This document shows positions 52,509-64,000 of a DNA stretch of 64,000 nucleotides, piece by piece. The DNA is taken from the NCBI GenBank assembly GCA_030141605.1, contig JAQGDQ010000173.1, forward strand, positions 366,974-430,973, in the 5' to 3' direction. Within the stretch, counting starts at the first letter, position 1, and every line of letters starts with the position of its first letter. Below the pieces are notes generated by a model. That model was not told where the DNA came from. It worked only from the letters and a program-made list of their open reading frames with translations, and made no database searches. A program made the position numbers and the translations under genes. Origin of the DNA: Tubiluchus corallicola (lineage: Eukaryota > Animalia > Priapulida).

Positions 52509-53329
52509 CCTCAGTTAATTAGCAGTTAGCTTAATTGCTGTAGAGTGGCGTCTCTTTTCAAGAGCATGCGTACGTGCGATTCGAATCGAATTCGATTTCT
52601 TGCTGTGTTTGCTCTCCCTTGCTGCACCAAAGGTAACACCATACCTGCATCGTCTAAGACATCGCTTACACAAACACAGTTCTCTCTTTACGAAACGAAC
52701 CGCTGAAAAATACTGCACTTCGTTTGTCGTCCATCCACATTGTACGATTATTTGTCTTGCGCCTCCACCCTGTGTACCCCGTCTCGGGCACGATCGGCTT
52801 TCCGTGGTTTTGGCATCAAAGTAAATCATAAACTAGTTAGTGTTTGCGTTTACGATTAACTTCCGTTTTCCTCTGCCTTGTTAAAGAATTATCAAATTTG
52901 CCTTTTCGTCCACCATATTTATCCACTCGAATGTCTCCCGGCGGATTACTGTAGAAGTTTCTCAAGACAACGGCAGCGCAGGAGCTTAGCGAATTGTCAA
53001 ATTGCGCACAAGCATATTACGCTGGAGAATTGTCTGTCTGCTATATATTACTGCCGGTTGTCGAATAAAGTTTATTAAACTAGGCTTGGGAGACTTGGAA
53101 TTATCCTTCAAATTGTTTTCCAAGTCGTTGTTGACGTCAGAATTACGTCGATTTAGCTTTTGTGTTTGCAAGTAATGAGAAGTCACTTCTGCATAAGAGG
53201 GCGCACTGTTTTGAGTCGTTCGTGGTTTTTCTTTTAGTTCGCTTTGTGCTTATGCACTGACTCGAGGAGTGACTCCTTAATAGCTGGCAAAAATTTGTGG
53301 CTCTGGCAAAAAGCTGATAGATTATCTAC

Positions 53330-53745
<416 letters not shown>

Positions 53746-54422
53746 ATTTATTTATTTATTTTAGTTCAGACATTTAAAAAAGGGACAAGCAAAAACGCAA
53801 AAAATTAGTTGTTAGTTTACAGAAAAAGTAATTAAGCTTGTTTACAAGAAAATGTTATTTTCAAAATGGGTATTTAAGATTCTCTGCCACATCTTGAAAA
53901 TATTCAGTCTAATTAATTGTATCATTATCGTACATAAAGTTATTATTAATAGTATGTAACTTAAAAACGTCCTACTTGTAAGACTAAATAAAGCAAAGAC
54001 TATAATTAATTATATATATATATATAATTACAGTAAAATATAATATAATAATATTTAATTACATATAATATATAATTACATTATAATATATATAATAAAA
54101 ATAGAATAAAATATAATTACATTACAGTAAGATGGGCTTGTTCACTTTCGCTGAATAGTATAAGTTGTTCAGAACAAAGACGAGTAATTTCACTTCTACA
54201 TGCAAACAGCTTAAACAAACGCCATCTTGCGTTGTGCGGTATACGCTCTGTGAACAGGCGCGACCCAGTTTTTGCTTTAAGTTCAGTTCGGTTTACTTTC
54301 TTTTTTATTTGATGCCGTGTGAACTGTCTCACACGTGTGTCAGATTTTTGTAAAACGTTTAATTGCAACGCACGACCAGGTAGCTGAGCAGTAGGCCTAC
54401 TTTTAGGCCTTTGGTTGTTTAA

Positions 54423-54997
54423 AGGAAAATCGGATGATTGTGTAAACACGAGTTTAGAATAAAGCATGCTCTAAAATATAGAAAACTACAATAGCTTTTT
54501 TTAAATCAAAACTTAGGTTAAATAATAATTACCTCGGATACTCAAATTTTGTTAAACTTTCAAAGCTACGCGCGGCTCAGTGAATCTACTAAGATTGGCA
54601 GCGGCTCCTTTTTGTCACATTAGCGTGGCCGACGAATAGGGGGCGGTACCGTGATAACCAAGATCATGAAATGCAGTGTTAGTTTTTGACGTCATGTGAC
54701 GTAGAGCCCATTTTTCGTGACATCATGCGTTTAAACAGTACTGTAACGCCTATGCAAATGTGCTTAATGCGCAAGGGATCATGCCTGCCATTGCACAAAC
54801 CGTTTTTAGTTTCTGACGTAAGCAATTGCTGTGTTCGGTTGCCGGTAATTAACATTCTAAACTAATTATTCAAATATAAAGAACAATTTTTAGCTTTTAT
54901 AGGCAAGGAAATGTATATTTTGGATAGTAAATTAAAATGTATATTTTGGACAGTAAATTAAAATGAGATTGAGTCAAAACAATCGTCCGGTCTTACT
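54423..54997 (+). mobile_element. Kolobok-like MITE copy 1
   Basis: TTAA|aggaaaatcggatgattg ... caatcgtccggtcttact|TTAG; matches 57993-58534 in reverse. Confidence 0.7.
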
Positions 54998-55483
54998 TTA
55001 GAGTCACAAGTTTTATGCAGCGTTACTACTAATGCAAGTTCTGTGCACAATAAGGCAGTATGTAAGATTTCAAGCCGAACTTTTGAACGTTTTTATAGTC
55101 GTTCATACCTTTTCGCACACACTGAAATAACAACGCATACATGAACACGTCCCTGCAAAACAGGGCTCTCTCTCTAAGCCTAGTTGATTAAAAAATACCA
55201 CAATTTATGACAAACACATCTACGTATGTATCACAGTGCTGACTGAACACATTAGTACGTCAGGCTGAATAAGAGTGAAATTTTCTACGCAAGAACATTT
55301 TAAACAGTGATGCAAACTTTACTTCTGTAATTAGACGTTATTGGCGTAGTTTGTTATATCGTTAATTGTTGTTTGTGTTATTGTTGTGTGTCATGATTTA
55401 TTGTATTATTTGTATTAATTTATGATGTGTATAATAACTTTGAAAAGTTTGAAATAAATTATTAAATCTTAAAAATCTTAAAA

Positions 55484-56203
<720 letters not shown>

Positions 56204-56998
56204 GTAAACATGTATAAACTCGATATTAAGGCAAACTAAACCCTTTAAATGCATCTGAAACATGATTAATTCATGAGCACCGTTTCAGCTGGCTATTAGT
56301 TGCCTGTACACGTTTTAAAACCATTAATATATGCACAATTCACTTCGAAATTAAAATGTGAAAAATGGTAGCAATGAAATGACTAAATCATAGATTATTT
56401 TTGTTCAAGTTTCCGGACCATCCGAGCTCAGTTAACAAATCACCCGAAAAACGATTAGTAGTACTAATCAGTTCCTGTCAGCCTATTGCTAGGTCCTTAA
56501 CTACACTGGCATTCTATGGGAATGTGAGCTCCACGGCCATATGAACGGTGATGCAAATATCGCTTTCTTTTCCTTCATTCTTTTCTTGTTTGTCAAGTAA
56601 ATACACGGTAATGTGAACCAGCCCTCGTGAAAGCGCGCGCAGGCGAGAACCGTCCCGGTGAAATTTACATTTTGGCGAGACTGTAGATTGGCGAATTGAC
56701 CGAGCAGCCGGAACTAGATAACTCTGAAACGGAATGTAAAACGGAATGTAAACGCTGTCAGGTTTGCAAACTGGTAACGTTATGTCGACATTTCGTCGGG
56801 GAGCGTCAATAAATTTGACCATTTCGTCGGGTTCTGTCGGTCATTAGGCCTCTAGGTTAATGTCCTGAGATCTGGTGAACTTCTTCTTTGTCAGGCGTTA
56901 AGATATTTGCATCCTGTTCCATGTTGAAAATACTGAAGCAAAGTTTCTTGGCTTTTCACATATATTGCTATGTAATAAATCTGAACTTATCTCTTTAA

Positions 56999-57127
56999 AG
57001 GAAAATCGGATGATTGTTTAGACTCAATCTCAATATAATTTACTGTCCAAAATATACATAATCTTGCCTATAAAAGTTCTTTCCTATATTTAAATAATTA
57101 GCTTAGAAAGTTAATCAACGGCAACCG
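56999..57127 (-). mobile_element. Truncated copy of the same Kolobok-like MITE
   Basis: TTAA|aggaaaatcggatgattgtttagactcaatctc.., similar to 57993-58125; ends at the (CAA)n run. Confidence 0.65.
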
Positions 57128-57129
57128 TT

Positions 57130-57180
57130 AGTAACAACAGCAGCAGCATCAACAACAACAGCAACAACAGCAACAGCAGC

Positions 57181-57251
<71 letters not shown>

Positions 57252-57254
57252 GAA

Positions 57255-57285
<31 letters not shown>

Positions 57286-57296
57286 AGCAGCAGTAA

Positions 57297-57334
<38 letters not shown>

Positions 57335-57390
57335 TCAGCAACAACAGCAACAACAACAACTATAACAACACACAACAACAGCAATAACAA
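57130..57390. repeat. (CAA/CAG)n microsatellite
   Basis: Direct. Confidence 0.95.
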
Positions 57391-57992
57391 AGGAACCTAA
57401 CTACATGTAATTATCAAGTTTAGTTGTCTAAGGTGAGATACTGAAGGAGCAAAAGCCTTGGTCACATCGTTTTCGTATAAAGCTTCCCTCAGCAAAGAAA
57501 ATAACCAAAAGAAATTGTACAGAACTACAGACGGTCTCCCATCCATTTACCTACCATGTTTAAGACAGGGACAGGTATCATCATGGCAGCTCTGTGCAAA
57601 AACACACAAATACATGCACGAGTAAGTGACCTATGTATTATGTATGGGTACCGTATTTAGCAACAAAACAAAACCACAGTTTACCCCACAACGTTTAAGA
57701 CTTGCCAGAAAATCCATACATTGCCCCCGCTTTTAGTATCCAGGTAACCGGGAAGCAGACCTGCATCAGAGGAAGCTGATCAAGCTCATTAGTATTGATG
57801 TTATAATGTGTGGCGTTAATTAGAGAGGCTGACCTCAGAATTACTGTACAAACATAAGCGACATATCTGATTTAATTAATTATATATTTATATATATATA
57901 TATATATAATATGTCCTAATATATTTATATATATGTCCTAGATGCAGAAGACTTTGCAAGCAGGATATTAGTCGAGTATTGGTGATCATTAA

Positions 57993-58534
57993 AGGAAGAC
58001 CGGACGATTGTTTAGGCTCTATCTCGTTTTAATTTACCGTCCAATAAATACATTTTCTTACCTATAAATGTTAACAGTTGTTCCTTATATTTGAACAATT
58101 AGCTTAGAAAGTTAATTAAAGGCAACAAAACACAGCTATTGCTTACGTCAGAAACTAACCACGGTTAGTGCAATGGTAGCCATCTTCTCTGCGCGGCAAG
58201 CACGTTTGCGTAAGTGTTACTGCTTAAACGGATGATGTCACGAAAATGGGCTCTGCATCATGTGACGTCAGAAACTAACACAGCAGTTCATGATCATGCT
58301 TATCACGGTACCGCCTTCTATTTGTCGTCCACGCGAATGTGACAAAAAAGCGCCGTTGCCAATCTTATTAGATTCACTGAGCCGCGCGTAGCTTTGAAAG
58401 TTTAGCGAAATTTGAGTATCCGAGGTAAGTATTATTTAATCTAAGTTTTGATTCACAAAACGTTAATGTAGTTTTCAATATTTTAGAGCATTCTTTATTC
58501 TGAACTAATGCGTACACACTCATCCGGTTTTCCT
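57993..58534 (-). mobile_element. Kolobok-like MITE copy 2, inverted relative to copy 1
   Basis: TTAA|aggaagaccggacgattg ... catccggttttcct; shared core gattcactgagccgcgcgtagctttgaaag. Confidence 0.7.
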
Positions 58535-59579
58535 TTCCTAAAGGAAGACAGGATGATTTTTCATATACTACCCCATTTTCAAATCCGACAACAAGTATAC
58601 ATTTTAACACAGTTAATATTCCAAAGTTTCTGATAATCAAATAATAGATTTAAAACTTAATTAACGGCGACCGAGCCCAACTATTGATGACATCACAAAC
58701 TAACATAATTTTCAACATCAAAAATATTCCACGAGCGTGTTGCACACGTTTGCAAATGCGAATATTGAAGTACAGTGCTACTATAAGATATTCAGTGTGT
58801 TGTACTAAAATTAAACAAGTTTTAAGATAAAAATTCAACTTTTTAAAATTTACCATTGTGCTCACGCGTGAGCTACCTAACACATATGAACTTTCATTAA
58901 CACGTCATTAACACATCTGGACTGAGAGGTACAGCATCTGTTTTTTATGTAATGCTTTCCGAAATGCTAACGCTAGTGCCCGCGTAACTAGTGAATGACG
59001 AAATGCATGTAACAGCGAAGAACTAGTGGTGCGAACGCGAAATTGTATTTGTGTGGTAATAATTCTTTCACGTGAGTCACTTTTTGAAAAAGTAGTATTT
59101 TCCTTTCAATATTTTAAAGAGTAGATTGTTTTGACTTGCAGTTTAACACTGGGTCCATTTTTGATTTTATATTAATGAGCACTTACCGTTTACATTTGAC
59201 ATTGATTTTTATGACATGCTTTGAAAGTTTCACTTGTGCTTCTCATGATAGCATCAGAGATTAATTAATCATAGTCAGCAATTAGAGTATAATTAGGGGT
59301 TCCTTAGTCTGGTGTTACTAATGATCAGGTTCGTAGCTACTCTCGGCTTGATGGTTAAGAATGAATGAGTGCTAAGCTTACATGATCCACTATTTTCTCG
59401 TGTGCTTACTTCAGACATTCCCAGAGGCAGAACTGTTCTGATTTTAAACCCAGTTTTTTTTCTGCTGGCTTCTTATCTACGGAATTTTCGACTTGGAAAC
59501 TTAACACAATTTAAGAAGAATATAAACTGGTAGGTTTTTATCATCAGTAAAGTAATTATGATGAATTCTATTCTCGTGG

Positions 59580-59886
<307 letters not shown>

Positions 59887-60679
59887 CAGAGAGAAAGACG
59901 AAATCCTTCGCATTTTTTCTTTGGCCAGCTGCTTATGATTTTGCCACATCACATTTCAGAAGTACCTTTACTCCTCTTTAGCTTCCTCCTCATCACCATG
60001 GCAGCTCTTCCGTAGCCTTCCCCGCATGCAAAAAAGAAGTCTTTCAATGTGCTGCATCTCGTGTGTAGGAGGCATATTTAAATAGGTATCAAACAACCAG
60101 GCTTCTTATCAGTTTGCAAATGAAGACTAAGTCATCAAGCTCATTACAGCTGATGGAGTTATTTGACAGACCTCGAGAGACTTCGGAAGCCGCAATGTAT
60201 GGCTTCAGTAAGATAACAGGAAGCCACCTAGATACTCAGAGCCCAATGCTATGAAACAACTCGTAACTCCAGCTGGCACGTAGCAGTGATTGAGATATTA
60301 GTTACGTATTACTTATGATTACGTATTAATAATATTAATTAGTGATCAATTAATCACGTAAGCAATTACGTGATTAGTTACGCATTACTTTAATAATAAT
60401 GATTTCCCCCCTCTATATTTAGTATCTGTACAGAAATTGTCCGGAATTGTTTTAAATCACCTTTTTACAGTTTAGCTTTAACATCCTGGGTTTTATGTGG
60501 CTCAGACAGAATTACGACTTCGTTCAAATTTAGACACTTTTATGAGTAACCCTTCAGTCAACATTACTGGGTGCAAAAATACACATCTTTACAGTTTAGA
60601 AAGAGCATAGTGGTAAGCGATAGGGTGATTTTTACTTGGGATTAAATATCCCGAGGAACAAGGAAAGAAAAAAAGCAAC

Positions 60680-61570
60680 TATATGTTAATTATATAGGAT
60701 AGGTCCTAGTGAAGTACCTTGTCTGACACCACGTGTTGTTTTGGTGATTCAATGAGAAGGGATTTTGCAGTCGTCAAAACAGACAGAAGAGCCATGAAGT
60801 TTATGTTATGAAAGATGGCTGATATTTTATATATGTTCTCGTGTGTTAATTATATAAGATGGACTGAAGCGAAGTACCATGCAGTGATTCGCTGGACTGA
60901 GAGGCGGTTTGACTTTAATATTTGTTCCAAGAAAACTGGGACTTTATATATTTTTGTATGTTAATTATACAGAATGTGTCCAAACTGGGACTTCATATAC
61001 TTTTGTGCGTTAATTATACAGGATGGGTCCAAGAAAGGCACTTTGTCTGACATCTCGTGTTGTTTCAGCGGTCTGCTGCACTGAGAGGCGTTATGACTTT
61101 AAAATTTGCTTCAAGAAAAACTGAAACTTTATATATTTTTGTGCGTTAATTATACAGGATGGGTCCAAGTAAAGCACCTTGGCTGACACCTCGTGTTGTT
61201 TCAGCAATTTGGTATCCTGAGAGGCGATTTTATTTCATTGGTTAATCCAAAGAAGGACCAATAATATTGTTTCAGCAATTTGACTTAATTGATTAAACTC
61301 ATAAAATACGTAGATGTTATTTATTTTTGGTATGATAATTAAACAAGAACGGTCCCAGTAAACCATGCAGCTATTACTGCAGTGGCGTCTTTATTTCGTC
61401 TAATCCAAAGAAAAGCTGGTATTCTATATATTTCTTTGCGTCAATTATATAGGATGGGCCCCAGCAGAGCGCCCTGCTTAACACCACGCGCTGCTTCGTA
61501 TCGACTCCGCTGCGCTGAGAAGCGATTTGACTGTCATCGAGTGATCCGATTTCGATCTGTTTTGCCGAAA
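60680..61570. repeat. Old degenerate ~140-bp tandem array
   Basis: Recurring gttaattata(c/t)aggatgggtcc..tgacacc(a/t)cgtgttgttt..ctgagaggcg. Confidence 0.7.
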
Positions 61571-61844
61571 CCGAAGCCGCGTGAAACGCAGGGCTTTGCA
61601 GCAAAAACAGAATGCAATTATTTACATTGCCACGCTAACAACATCTCGATTTTGGAATAACAGCGTTTTTAGCGCGAATGATACGGTCAACATGCTTTTA
61701 GAGCAATGACTGTTTTGCAACATTTGTTTGTATTTTTCTGTAAGATTGTTAGTTTGAACATAATTTATTATAGGATTGGGTCAGGCAGTTTGAACAACAT
61801 GATTTAGGATCCTCACCACAACAGACTTTATACACTATTTACAA

Positions 61845-62517
61845 AAACATTTACAGTAAGTATAGACTATAACTATACAAGCTGACAAGTTTTACTGCAA
61901 GATTACATTAGACTATCTACAAAAACATTTACAGTAAGAATAGACTATAAATACACAAGCTGACAAGTTTTACTACAAGATTACATTAGACATTAGTAAC
62001 ATTTACAGTAATAATTGACTATACCTACACAAGCTGACAAGTTTTACTACAAGATTACATTAGACATTAGTAACATTTACAGTAAGAATAGACTATAACT
62101 ACACAAGCTGACAAGTTTTACAACAAGATTACATAAGACATTAGTAACATTTACAGTAAGAATAGACTATAACTACACAAGCTGACCAGCTTTACAACAA
62201 GATTACATTAGACATTAGTAACATTTACAGTAAGAATTGACTATATCTGCACAAGCTGACAAGTTTTACTACAAGATTACATTAGACATTAGTAACATTT
62301 ACAGTAAGAATTGACTATATCTGCACAAGCTGACAAGTTTTACTACAAGATTACATTAGACATTAGTAACATTTACAGTAAGAATAGACTATAACTACAC
62401 AAGCTGACCAGCTTTACTACAAGATTACATTAGACATTAGTAACATTTACAGTAAGAATAGACTATAACTACACAAGCTGACAAGTTTTACTACAAGATT
62501 AAATTAGACATTAGTAG
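61845..62517. repeat. 74-bp minisatellite (~9 copies)
   Basis: acatttacagtaagaatagactataactacacaagctgacaagttttactacaagattacattagacattagta. Confidence 0.95.
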
Positions 62518-63847
62518 AAAATGACGGTTAGGAAATATTAATGTACGAATATTTAAGACTGATGCATTTCATATCAGATAGAAACTACTGGAAGCCTTTA
62601 GTACGTAATATGAAGTCATATATGCATTGGAATATTTTACAGTTAGCAACATAGTTAAATTCATCTTTTCCGAATAATAACAACTTCAACAGATCATTAG
62701 TTCCTAAGGCAGCTATATTAAGGCTTTCAGGCAGAAGCTGTAAGATTGTTATGGCTACCAAGTTTTCAAGATTTTACTATGAACGTGTTTAATAATAACA
62801 GCAAGTGAAGTAAAATAAACTAATTTTGCCATTGTGGGAATCGTTGTCTACAAATCATTCAACTTTAATTTACACAGCAACGGCTATACTAACAGCAAGC
62901 AGCATTGTTGTTGTTGCTGTTGTTGTCGTTGTTGTTGCTTAACATAATTTTTTGAAATGACACTGCAAGCTTGAATACTGGCTGATTAGTGATCAGCTTT
63001 ACTTTTTTTTAATTTTTTGTTAAATCTCTTTCCCTGCCCACATTAAAGGTGTTGTTGTTGTTGTAGATGTTGCCGCAGCTGTTGTTGTTATTGTCGTCGT
63101 CGTCATTGTTATCATCGTTGCCGCCGCCACTGTAGTTGTTCTTATTGTTCCCGTTGCTGCTGGCATTGTTGCTGTTGCTGCGTAAACTGCAATAAATTGT
63201 TTGTAACGTTCCTGTAGCTAAATTAAAATAATTTGTTTACTCTAGTTGTTATTTATACTTGTAGGTATTTATATATATATTTATATTTATTCGTATTTTT
63301 ATTATATATTTATATAATATAATATATATATAATATGTAATATATATTTATACAAACTTGAAGGTTTAGTCTAAAAACTTTTGTTGTTTCTACATGGAAA
63401 TAAATTCAAATAATACTGTTGATCTACGGACTACCATCTTGTTTATTTATTTATTTTTATATAAACTTATTTATTTTCCATCACCTTTGGTATACAAAAC
63501 TGATTAACATACCTTAGGAATTAGTAAGTATTGCAAAGTTGAGACACTAAAGATTAGATATAGATACCCATGTCTTAGTAATGACAGTTCATCAAATACA
63601 AAATGTTAAATTAACGTTTACTGAATTGGCCTGAAGGTTTTCTTGTATAAATTCCTGCGTTAAATCAGAAATAGTCTTACTTTGGTAATTATTTATTTAA
63701 TACCTAATCGTTAATAAAAATACTAAAATCATTAAGAGAAAGTACGAAGTATGAAAGCAGGATAAAACGTATATACAGCACAGAATAGAAAATGATGTTT
63801 TGGTAAAGCGGTACTGATGTAAATGATTAGGCCTATTAAAATTTTCG

Positions 63848-63926
63848 TCATAGACATAGACATAAACATAGACATAGACGTAGACATAGACATAGACATA
63901 GACATAGACATAGACATAGACATAGA
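63848..63926. repeat. (GACATA)n hexanucleotide repeat
   Basis: Direct. Confidence 0.95.
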
Positions 63927-64000
63927 ACATTCATTTTCTCCAATTAGTTTAACATCAAAAGTTTTTTAAATATCAAGTAATTATAATCATGGAGCAGGGC

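Overview
AT-rich, repeat-dense animal genomic DNA; the 5S rRNA sequence looks lophotrochozoan/mollusc-like (inference). The window is dominated by the 5' part of a large, spliced, + strand polycystin-1-like (REJ/PKD-family) gene. I could chain 22 phase-compatible coding exons (10003-49561, 4263 nt, ~1421 aa): signal peptide - 5 WSC - FN3 - 2 EGF - PKD - REJ. No GPS/TM/PLAT exons are recognisable before the window ends. Introns and flanks carry a 5'-truncated CR1 LINE, a decayed L2-type LINE, a BEL/Pao LTR retrotransposon with both LTRs and a TSD, several MITEs (hAT-, Tc1/pogo- and Kolobok-like), a foldback element and many mini- and microsatellites. Most long ORFs in the ORF track are satellite artefacts. 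The most unusual items are a 547-bp, TSD-flanked SINE3-type element (complete 5S rRNA head fused to an RTE-like body/tail) inserted just behind a tRNA-like head, a minisatellite that amplified an exon end plus its splice donor, and an LTR-borne acceptor/stop/polyA cassette that could truncate the host receptor. All family assignments come from motif recognition by eye, not database searches.
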